From Lingula anatina (lineage: Eukaryota; Animalia; Brachiopoda), in contig CM120645.1 in assembly GCA_051362555.1 (NCBI GenBank), forward strand, positions 2,418,001 through 2,482,000: 64,000 nucleotides of DNA, in the 5' to 3' direction. The notes below the pieces were generated by a model. The model saw nothing but the letters and a program-made list of their open reading frames with translations, ran no database searches and was not told the origin of the DNA. This document shows positions 38,370 through 49,932 of the stretch, one piece after another. The translations under genes were made by a program, and so were the position numbers. Each line of letters opens with the position of its first letter. Position 1 is the stretch's first letter.

Positions 38370-38800
38370 CATGTAGAATTTAAAATTTTAAGAGCAGTTA
38401 CCAGTGTAGCATCCAAGTCTGTAGAAATTCTTCAACACAGTCTGTGCGGAATTCCAAGCTGGAGATACAAGAAACGAGCCTCAAAAACAAATTTTACTCT
38501 ACAAGGACACAATCCTGCAGAAGTTTTAAATGAACTGTATACGGGATCTCAGTCTGTAGATATTCTAAAGCTAACTCCGTGGACGTGGAAATTCTACTTT
38601 GTAAGCAAACCTTACGCTCGGAACCGCAGTCTGAAGATTCTATTCAAAACGAACTTTACACGTTGCCGTAACTAGCTATATACTACAGGTATACGTGGGA
38701 GTTCTATTGCCAACTTTACGCGGGACTGCAACATGTAGAAATTCTAAAGCAATTATAACGTAGCCTACGCGTAGAACAGCCTTTCTATAACAAACTTAGG
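38370..38800. repeat. Degenerate ~40 bp minisatellite
   Basis: Recurring core (AGTC)TGTAGAAATTCT(AAAGC) with AACTTTACGCGGGA-like spacers, e.g. at ~38420, 38555 and 38734. Confidence 0.55.
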
Positions 38801-39875
38801 TGAAAGACCAGTCAGTTCGGGGCTTAAACTGCATCAAGTGTTGAAACAATCTCTCAACGAATCTCGTGACTTGGAGAACTGCCATTGGACCGTTTGGACA
38901 ACGCATCCTGTTACATCGTCTCTTCGTCGAATTTGCTCACAATGAAACTAAGATAACGTGAGTGTTGTATGTTAGGAAGAAGTAGATAGTCCAAGAAACC
39001 AGAAAATAGGATGTGCGTTACACTACCTCCAAAGTCCAATATAGAAGAAGCCTAAAAGGGGCTAGACGCAATACCAAGCTAAAGAAATTCCTAAGCAAAC
39101 CACTAGGTGGACCCCTGTGACTCGCGTCAGATATCACTACATTTTATTTTTTAACCACCATGAAATTTTATTAATGCATGCACACATAAATTTTCAAAAA
39201 AACGCACCTTGTTATTTCTTCCACGCTTTTTAAAATTGTTCGTGATTCACGATGGGTGTGAACAAGTAATACCGGCGGTGACTGAATGGACGTCTAGCAA
39301 ATATATAGGGTCTCAGCCACGTGACCTGGGTTGTACTCTCCCTCCTTGTTTTACGACCGCAAAAACCAAAACAATGCGCGGTATGGAGCTATCGTTTGCC
39401 AAAAATCTCACCCTTCGGTTATCTCATTCAGCTTGAAAGAACCTGGGCTGCACCAGCGCCCTCTTTCAGGGTCAAAAGGAACTAAATTCGTACGCTAATC
39501 CCCATTCATAAAGTTACACTGAAAGGCCAAGGCTATTTGTGATCAGCCACCCACGCGGGATTTTTGTGGTCACAAGGACCTCAGGGGTACGAGGCAGGAA
39601 TTTTATACACCTGACTAGATCTAGCACGTGCTCAAGATCTCTCATTAGGTGAAAAATTGCGCTCAAAAGCTTCAGAACGAAGAGAAAACCGAGGAAAGCG
39701 AGCACCACGTTTTCTCTGTGAAGACTTGACGTCGGGGCAAGCAGCTCAGAATACATTGGGGTCAAGCCGAGTCGGGAAATTTTCGCCCGAGCGTCCAATC
39801 TCAGCTCCGCGGCCAGCTTAGGTCGATTGACCGTCGGAGAACAATCAATAATCTTGTCAGCTATCGGATTAAACA

Positions 39876-42800
39876 ATGTCAGAACCGCAGGCCTCGACTA
39901 CCCAACCGCCTTCTGAGGGTACCCCGACTGAGCCCCCGCCGAAAAGACCCCGTGGAAGACCGCGGAAGCCACCGCCGGCCGAGGTATGCAGGCCTCCCAA
40001 ATTTTCTTTTCATCTCACGCCGATTAGTGGGGCTTATGTTTGCCCCAGTGGTCGCAGTATTATGAATATAGCAAAGCCTTGGTCGCTCACTAGCTGCGTG
40101 CTTTGCAATGTGAAATCTATGCAAGGCACTTTAACTGACCTAGTTCCCATGTCAACATTGCAGCGTGCATGCTGCATGAACGGGATGAATGCGTTGCTCC
40201 TTGGAATAATTTATTTTTCATTTCCGTGTCGTTTCAGCCGATAGAGCCCAAGCCCAAGCGACCCAGAGGGAGACCCAAGGGGAGTAAAAATCGCCCAGTT
40301 TTTAAGGCACCGACGGTGAGTTTGCGTTGATTTTTCGCTCGGGTCATTGACAGTTCGCAGTCAGCTGATCGTTGGCTGTTTCGTGTTCGCTCAACTTACA
40401 TGCAGTGGAAAATACCGTTCTGCATATGCTGACGGTATTTTTTTAAGCGGGGTCAAAGAATTACACACTGCTAAAACGCGAGGGGTGTAGGGAAATTTCT
40501 GCGGCTTTACGTTGCAGCATAATATGAAATTCTGCAACATTTATGTAACGATTTCTTTTCCAACAAAGATCGGAGGTATTTTTTTATTTATTTATGTAAC
40601 CTCGGTAATTTATTACAAGGCGCTTTGCATACATGTAGCTTTCGATGCGGTGAAGGAGGCATAGTCAAAAGGAACTTGGATCTGTAGACGTTCGTAAAGG
40701 TATGAAAATTCCAACCTGATCGTTATAATGTGTAATATTAGTATTGGTAATTTAACAAACTAAGAACTGCAGAAGAAATGTTAATCCACGTCGGTGGCTT
40801 ACTGTTCGCCTGAGCTGCAAGGTGAATAGAGGACGCAAGGGGAACGTTTGGGGAAGGGGGGAGAGGGGGGGGGTTAAACTGCAAGTAAGAGTGTGAAATG
40901 AACCAGAATATATAATATAGTAATAATAGTTGAGCTAATCATACACCTTGGAATGTTAATGCAGTCTTGTGACTTCAGTATGTAGGAGTAAAATCCCCTG
41001 TGCCCAGTCACAAGGTAGTGACTCAAACGCGTGGGCGGGGAGGGATAGAAGTCCGACCACTTTCTTTTCCTTTGCATAACTCTGTAATTTTAACCCCTGG
41101 AATTTGCTTCCCCCCACACAGGTGAGTGGGAGAGGGAGAGAGGTTGACTTTTCAAAAATTAAAGTCAACATTTTCAACAATATCATCATCAAGGGCAGTC
41201 TTGTGACTCTGGTCTGTTGTTTGTGAAAAGCACGTTTGTATGGTGTATTTAGGGTTTACTCGTGGGCGGCAAGGGAGATAGGGCTCTTTAAAAATTTGTT
41301 TGCTGTCTTTTGGACAGAGTAGTGTTATGTTCAAACTTGGTTTTATGGTCAATCAGCACCACGTCAAATAAGTTGATAGTAAAAACAGTGTAGGGTGTGT
41401 GCTGAGGTAAAAGGTTTGCTGAAAGTCTGGCCTTTTAAGATTTTTGAGTGCCAATCAAACTCTGGCATTGCCATCTCCATATGGATTAGGACAGCCTAAA
41501 GCTAGGGCAATAAGCAACTTTTTTTACTATTTTGTAAAAAGTTTTTGGCGAAATTATGAAAATAGTTATAGATTAGTTTTTATCAACTCTTTTATTTTTT
41601 ATTTTATTTTTTTGTGTTCTTATCTTTTCATGCAGGGAAAAGATATTGGGTAGTTACTGTTCAAAGAAGATGTGCATAACGCTCGAATTTTTTGCACAAA
41701 ATAATTTTATTCTTATAATGATTGTATAACTATTTTTCTGTAGTTGAACTGTTCTCAAATATTTGTCTTTACTAGGAATTCAAAGCCGTCTCTTTCAGCT
41801 TAGTTTGAGAACAGATTTCCAATGTGTTTTTTCATCCTATTCTTTGATAGATAAACTTTTTACTTTTTGAAAATACCAAAAGTATTAAAAACTCTTATTC
41901 ACAAAATTTGTTTTTTAAACTTAAAAGTTGCTTTTAAAGTCAAATTTTACCACAAAGCCCAATCCAATGCCACCATATAGCTTCAAATAGTATAATTTAG
42001 AGAAGTGCAAAAAATCACACCAATTCTTAACATTTTCATTTTCAAGATTGGTCCACAAAAAACTGCCTCAGAGTTGAATTAATTGAGTATTAACATTTTT
42101 AATTTTGAGCAAACTTGGTCCATGGCACAAGGCCATTATAAAGTTCAGGGCAAAAGTTAAGGAAGAAAAGTTCTAAGGATAAACCTGGGAGATAAACTAG
42201 AATTCATGTAATGTTATTGATCAAGTAAACTCTTTGATAAGAAGTGCCCACTCACGGTAGATAAAACTTCTGAGAGCTACATTTGATGATTTAGACAAGT
42301 ATTGCACAATATTTGTGATGTAGTTTATTTTCAGTTGCAGTTTTATTTAGGGGATGGGGGAAGGGTCACACAAAATTTGAGCAAGATAATTTACAGCCAC
42401 AATTTAAGTTGCTGTGTTCTTTTTGTACTCTGGCTTGGTTTTGTACTGGTTTTGAAGTTTTCCTTTTCTTCCCTACAATTTATGAAAGATAATGAGCTTT
42501 AGTGCAGTGTTATTCAAGCTGTCAGTTGCTATGTTCTTGTCATCTTGCTTTTTTAAAAGTAGATATATAAGTTTTTACTTTCGATTTCCTTTTTTCCTAA
42601 TTGTGCATTTTAAAACTGTGTGATGAAGGAAGCATTTAGCAGGACATGTTTAGAGTAATTTGGAACTTCCCCTATAGATATCACATAAGTCTTTTATCCT
42701 TGGGTCAATGAACTATTGGATTTGTGAATTATAAAACACAAACTAATTGCTGTTTTCTCTTAAAAATTCTTCATTGTATTTTTTCAAAAGAAATTTCCAC

Positions 42801-45800
42801 AGTAGGAAAATAAAATGTTTGTCATTAGCTTTTCTACTTTGTTTTAGATATCAAAGATGCCAAGTTACACTATTTTTTTGAAGTTGATTATTTTTTAAAG
42901 AGCATTTGACATCAATGTTTTCCCTGATTCCATATTTGTTATAAATCAAGTTTCATACAGAAAAAGATTTTGTGGAAGAGGCTTGTATTGAGTGACAAAG
43001 GATTGATTTTTAAAATCTTCAAATTTGATGAAAATATTAAGTTTAATTTAGTTAAGAACAGGCTTTTTATAGAAAAAGAGAAGAGATCTTTTTATTTATC
43101 AAGTTTTTATTCATTTTTGAGGATGACTTGTGGCTGATGCACTTTATTCCTTGGAATAAGGAGGGTGGTTGGCATGAGTTTATTTCCGAGGCTGCCCTTC
43201 TTTTGTCTTATGGTCAGAATTTCTTTATTTCAGCGACATTTATATAGTTAAAGAATAAAAGAAGAACATAAATTGTTCTATTTACCTACAATAGTAAGCA
43301 GATCTTGTGAAAGTTTTTAGATGCTACACGGTCAATTTATTAACCTTTATCTCTGTCTCTTTATCTTCCAACTTTTGAAAAGAATTATCCAAACCTTTAG
43401 ATCCAAAGCTTGGCCATTATAAGTAGAAGATATTATACAACAATACTACTTCACTCAAGTTATGAAGCATTAATTGTTTTTTAAGTTTCCTGCTATGAAA
43501 ATGGAACTTCATAATGCTGATCACCAATTGCTTCAGTGCATTTATTTTACCAAGATATTTTAAAGGTAAAATAGGCAAATGTTGGAAGTAAAGTCTCCAT
43601 CAAAATACATTGCCTTGTTGTTTTAACTGAACAATTTTCTTTTAAAAGTGTTGTATTTTTCTTCACATTCCACCAACTATTCAGAGACTTGGACATATAT
43701 TGGATGGATTAAAAAAGAATAGAATTTCGTTTATTGCTGTGACATAGCACTGTGTCTTTTGAACTTAATAACTTGAGTCGATAGCTTCATAATACTCATG
43801 GGCTGTAAAACTGACTAAAACAAAAGTCTTATAAAGCAAGATATAACAGAATTTTGAATCAGTCATACATGAAAAACTGTGGCCCTTTTTTCCCTTCAGT
43901 CTAATACAGATAATTTATTAAAATTCATTGTTGTTGGCGATTAGTTAATTAAATGACAGGTGATTGAGAATGTGCTGAAGATTTGAATAGGGTAAGAAAT
44001 TGCAAAAATATGACCAGTTGTAATCGAGTCAAAGGTCATTTTGAGGTCAGAGGTGCAGTTAAAGACATCTTTTCTGGATGTAGTGGACACATTTATCTAG
44101 ACTACAACCACAGGAGGTTGATGATATAGACGTTTTGATATGAAGAAAGAAGCTGCATTGAAAGATAAGTGGGTGACCAGCAAATGTCAGTAGATATAGG
44201 TAAGGAAGATACTAGGTTGATATGTTGGTAGGTAGGAGGGGAGGTAAGTAGGTAAGAAGGGTACTAGGTACTGTTTTTATAGGGGGGGGGGTAATGCGCT
44301 TTTAAACTGGCAAAGGTCTGTTCTTGTTAAGATTTTATCTAGGTATACAAAAGGTTCATGGTAAAAGGTCCGCTTTTTCAGAAAAGACCCCCCCCCCCCT
44401 TGAAATTGCTGGCTGCGGGCCTGTACAAATAGTTTTTGATGAAGGACATCTAAACAGTTCATAAAACTAAAAAAGTATGCGCAACATTTCAACTTCAAAG
44501 CAGTGGATTTATACTTTTTATCTGCTCTTTTTGGCAAACCATCAGAATTTCTTGAAATTCTTTTTTGTTATTTAAATTGTTCAGATTAAAATTTCTGAAT
44601 TGCCTTAAAAGACTTGACCAAGAGGAAGAACCAAGTTTCACACACAAAAAATGTAATTTGATTTTCACCATTTTTAAATAATTAAAATAAATGTCTAAAA
44701 AATGCTAATTAAAACTCTTATTTTGACAGACTCTTTGGATCAAAGTTGACAAATTTTTTCTTTAACTCTAATTAAAGATGTTATGTGCATAGAAGGCACC
44801 ATCGGACCCTTTCTTAGAGGGGATCTGTTAAAGTGAAAAATGTGTTAAAACAGATTTTATTCAAAGAATAGTGACACAGTTAGACAATGCAACTCACGGA
44901 TGGAAGTCTTGGGGATTCACTGGAAGAAAGGAAAAGGAAAAGAGACGAGAATGACTCAATTGTAGGAAGTTTTAAGTGGTAGAAAAGGAAATTGCGTATT
45001 GAAAGTGAATTCAGACAGTTAGTGCGGTACTCTAACGTTCTTCCATGTTTAATAGAAATATTTATATTTATGTGCAAGTTATATACATATTATGGATGGA
45101 AGAATGAAAAAGTAATTGCTCAGTGCATCTGCTGGGAGTATGCTTTTGGGATGGGCAGGGGGGGTTCTTAATACAATTTTTTTAAAAGTTGTAACTGAAT
45201 AACTTTAGATTTAACTTATTAGTTTTCATGACTTTTACATATAAATGTGTTTTAAATATGATAGTTCAAACATTATTAAATCATCTTTTGGTTTGCAGTG
45301 GCATTAACTATTTCTAGAAATATTTTTATTGTGTGTTACTGAAATAAAAATTGTTATATTTATATTGAATCAAGTCTGCGTTGCACAACTTTTTTTTGTA
45401 CAATTCAAAATCACCTTATTTCCTGTGTTTATATGTTTGAGTTTCTGTACATATGTGTACATTCATGCATGTGTGCGCGCAGCTTGTGACCAATTTCTGT
45501 GAGAGAAAATTGGCAGACGCCCCCCACTCAGCATTTCATGACTGGGGGAAAACAAATGAAATCATGGTTCTCTTTTATAAAACTCAAAGAATTCTTTTTG
45601 TATATCAAAAAATAATGTCTGAAAAATGGATCAGAGTCATTCTATAAAAAAACTTATTAATTGGAGGATTTGTATTAAATAAGTAAAAGATATGTGTTAA
45701 TTTAACCAAGAGCGAAAGATTTCACACACAATTGTTTTTAGAGATGTTGTAATGAATTTTTTTTGAAAAGGCTCCAGTTGTAATAGTTATATGGCTGGCA

Positions 45801-48800
45801 ACATGAACAGGAATATGAACAGTAACATTTTCGCTGAACTGGAAATGGGAATTGTTCATTGTCAAACAGTGTGCAAATGTCTGATTACAGTAATGACTGA
45901 AAGCTTTTAAAATCGGCAAAATCAGAATAGTTCTTTCTGTCCTATCCTCTCTAAGTATGGGGCCGTGTGAGGATGTTTGACTTAGTGCACATGTCTGTGT
46001 ATTTGGAAGGGGGGGGGCGGGAAATAAGTGATTATTTGTTTAAGTGCATGTGTGTGTGTGTTTGTGTGCGTGCATGCATGTGGACCCTGTTTGACCAATT
46101 TTTGTCACAAATTTTTGTGAAAGGATACTCCCCCCCCCTCCCGACCATCCTATATGTTTGTCCCTTCAAACTTTGTTTTCAAGTTTGATCGCAAGGATTT
46201 GCTTTGCAAATACGAGATAACCCAAAAGAAACATCTTTTGATATGTAATAGATATAAAAATGTGTTATCAGGAGAAAAGTACACCAGTAGTTGCGGTGAG
46301 AGTAAACATGTTGTGGAGAAATGTTCCGTTAGGAAATATTTATGTCAATTTTGTTTTCTTAAACCTGATTTTCTCTGTTTAAATAGCCTTTTTTTCTGTC
46401 CCAAGGGCATAGTGTCTTTTTAAAGCAATAAAATAATTACTATGCTCAAAATAAGCATTCAGTCTCTCCTCTGTCTGTCTCTTTTGAATGCGTATTTAAG
46501 TTGATTGGAAATAAATAATAGATTGTACATACAAGAAAATTTACTTTTCATTTTTGCATTGAGGTTCCTTGTCAGACCCCTTCAATAAAAGTGGTTAGCT
46601 TTGAATAAAAGCTATTTAATACTCTAGGTTTTTCATTTCTTTCTTGAAAGAGAAATTTCTTTTCCTTAAAATTGGCACTGATGTATCTAGGGGCGAATGT
46701 GTACAGCTTAAGAAATTAATTTTGCCGAGGACAGAAGAGATGATGGTATAATTGTCCATTGTGAAATGAAAGGCTAATATATGATTTAAAAAATACATTT
46801 TCGTAGTTTATTTTCTTGCATGTGCAAACTGTAGGCATGTAAATTTTGTTTAGACTTTTCTTACAATTCGAATATGATGAGTTGTGTTTCCTGAAAGAAG
46901 ATTTGTTTATTTATGTCTTAAAAACGAAGACTCAAAAGTTTTGAAAAGTGAGTTGGAATAATGTTAGAAGGTTCGTTTTTTTCCAAAAAAAGTGAATAGA
47001 AGTGGTAGAAACAGAAACACCCTCTCTCTTTTCCCTCCCTCCCTCCTTCTGGTCCTGTTTTACCATGAGTGTTTTACAAAGTTCACACACTGAAGTATTC
47101 TGATTGTAAAAAGATGATCACGCCGCGGCTCCATGTTCAAGCGTGCGTACTCCAAACCCCCCAGTGTTACATTTATATAGAAAGAGTCCCCAACTTCAAT
47201 CTTTTCACCCCCTTTAAGGACCCACAGAATGACTTCTCCTAACAACTTGAAAGAACTGTAAAAACATCAGAAGGAAGAGGTAAAGTCAAGTACACTGAAT
47301 GTGGAAGCAAAATAAACCCAAACAGAACAAAACCAGGTACAAAAAGCACTGGGGTCAAGGAAATGGCTGACAATTGGTATCATTGTCTGTGTTAAGAAAA
47401 ACTTGGCAATTTTTGTGCTCAAGGGGAGTTTTTAAATAAAGTTGACTCAGTGCAAGATGCAGAGAAAAAGGAAGGTCACTTCAGCACGAGATGAACAGCA
47501 TGATGTTGAGTGACCTTGGTTTTGAATCCTAAAAATGATGACATTTTAGATTAAAAAGGAGGGGAGTTTGAGCTAGAATAAAACAAGTTTACCTAGTCAA
47601 CCAATGGTCCCTCAAATCCTACAAATCCTCCTCAGAAATTTGGAACTGAAATACCACAAAAAAGGGTTACATAGCTTTCAGGTAAATCTATTCACCTGCA
47701 AGAATTTCCATTGCTTTAATTGTTTCGTTTGAGGAAATGAAACTGAACTGAAAAATTTAAGATTCTGTTCTGATGATCTGGAGACAAGTGGGTAAATTAA
47801 GTGCAATGAGGGGTCAAGCTGTAAAATGTGATGGAGAGTCAATTTTTAAGACTGCATTCCCACAGATTTAGATTGATCCATCTAGATTGACCTTACTCCC
47901 TGGGGGTTCATGTTAAATTGATGTCAGCCGAGAGCGTACGGACCTAAATTACCCCCTAACAGCTTTTAATAGGCGGGACAGACATGTAAGCCAGCGAAGC
48001 TGACAGTAATCAAGTGAGACTCCCCATAGATCGATCTAAAATCTATGGGAATGCAGTCTAAGACCTCATCAAGGTTGCTTTGTAACCTAATGCTCTCATA
48101 GTAAAGCCCCCCCCCCCCCCTTTCCAGCAAATTGTTCTATTCATGGAAAAATGTTTGAAGGCAAATTTACCGTAAAGTGAAAAGAAGGTGAAGCTCAAAA
48201 CGTTACTGTTTCTGAGACAATGTTGCTTTAAAATTTTCAAATACTCATTTTATTGTAAACTGGAGGCAGAGCATGGACACATTAAAATAATTAAGCTGGT
48301 GATTGCACAGCATGTAAACTGAGCAACTTCACTTTTGCTTATCAGTGTGAGGTGGCATCACACATATCTGAGCTTAAATATATGTAGACGGGTGTTACTA
48401 GTGTGAGGCTCTTTGACTCAAATCTATCAAAAGTTGCTGCGATCTAAATAACCTTAATGTTGAAGCATTCCACAAGTCTGGCCTTAATGGTTAGGAGGTC
48501 ATGTAAGTACATGGGAATTTGGGCAATTGCTGTCTGCTGCCATTGAGGCGTAACCGTGACTTGTTGAATGATATATGCTCCATTATTTAAACACCAGCGA
48601 AGTGGTTGTAAATTGGGAGAGAGGAAAGGAGCTTGATAATTATTTCTGCTAATGTGTAAAACAAAAATTGAAAATTTTGTAGTGGATATATTTCAGCAGG
48701 GAACTTTGATTAAGGAACAGAACTGTTTTTTTTTCTGTGATAAGTGGATCGATAGTTAAGATGTTTTATTAATTAAAACCTTTCCCACAGAATTTGTCTT

Positions 48801-49932
48801 TAAAAATTATTGAAAATATAATTCACTTGTTTGAAGTACATTATTAGGGCAGCTTGAAGGTTTGTCTGTTAGTCTGAATATGAAGTTAATTGTTTTGAAA
48901 ATTAATTCATCATTTCAAAATGACATTGGTCAGGAAAACTTCGGGCAGAATTATTGGATCGTAGAGGTTATCATGCTGCAGGCCCATCTTATCAAAGGCC
49001 GTTAAGTTCAAATTTTCACTGTTCTGAGACTTAAAACTTAAAAAAGGACATTGGAAGTTTTTAAACTAGTATATAGTACTTGATCTGTCAGTCATTTGAT
49101 TTGAAAAGTCCAAATTGCCATAGGTTTCTGAGAACTATTTTTCTTTTGTCTTTTTGTCAAAGATTGTTTTTTTTATTATATTTTTCGTACATTTTTTGAT
49201 GCACCCTGCATGACATAGAACTACTACAACCTTTACCACCAGTTGATGAATAAAGCAATACCTGGAAGCTCAGGATCTAACGAATTCAAAAATACACGTA
49301 CAGCCGGATGATTGGAGCCTTTGATGCTTTTTACCATCACAGACAAATCATGGATATCAACATGCCGAGGAGAGGTTGAGGAAACCCACACCCCATCCGC
49401 CTGCCCCCACCCCTGGGCAGAAAAAAAAATTGAAAAATAGAAGATAGAAAAATAACCAGTATGTCACATTTTTAGTATATGAAATATGCTTCTTATGATA
49501 TTGACAGAATTCTATTTTTGTTCTTTTCAGAGCAGTGGAAGAGGTGTCAAATCAACAGAGGTATGTTAAAAAAATTCACTAAATCATGATAGATCTCCAA
49601 GTTGAAGGTAGCACCTCATTGAAATGATATATGAATTTTTCATGCATATTGTTCATTAAAATGACAACAGTATGATTATCTGAAATCTTAATTTGAACTT
49701 TTTGCTCTGAAACATGCTTTCATTTGAATCATTTATTATTGCAAATAATCTGATATTGAATTTTTGTGAAGCGAAATATATCTCCAACCATCACAGGCTA
49801 ATAAGGGACAAAGTTATGTTTGATTCAAATTGTATTTCTATCTATGTATTTTTTTTTCGTAATTAGAGAAAGAGCGAAGTAGAATCACAACATGAGAAAA
49901 AAGAGGAAAAGACAGAAACTTCCAGCTCTTGA
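39876..49932 (+). CDS. HMGA: High mobility group A (AT-hook) protein, ~93 aa, 4 exons
   Basis: Exons: 39876-39983 (MSEPQ...PKRPRGRPRKPPPAE), 40238-40315 (PIEPKPKRPRGRPKGSKNRPVFKAPT, matching the HMGA1/2 hook-2 signature KRPRGRPKGSKN), 49531-49560 (SSGRGVKSTE) and 49867-49932 (RKSEVESQHEKKEEKTETSSS*). All have AG/GT boundaries in phase 0. The first two exons are secure; the last two are likely. Confidence 0.85.
44281..44423 (+). mobile_element. Partial copy of the 18267-18416 MITE family
   Basis: ATGGTAAAAGGTCCGCTTTTTCAGAAAAGACCCCCCCCCCCCTTGAAATTGCTGGCTGCGGGCCTG aligns with 18352-18416. Confidence 0.65.
47850..48058 (+). mobile_element. PIF/Harbinger (Tourist-like) MITE with TAA target-site duplication
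   Basis: TIRs GACTGCATTCCCA(C/T)AGATTT ... AAATCTATGGGAATGCAGTC, with TAA at 47847-47849 and 48059-48061. It lies in the large HMGA intron. Confidence 0.85.

Noticed and set aside
39514-40124. Minus-strand ORFs (120 aa, 81 aa) at the HMGA 5' end
   Set aside because: They are antisense to the GC-rich HMGA 5'UTR and exon 1 and have no protein features.
44618-44635. CCA AGA GGA AGA ACC AAG (PRGRTK) as a possible third AT-hook exon of HMGA
   Set aside because: It is immediately preceded by an in-frame TGA and has no usable acceptor or donor.
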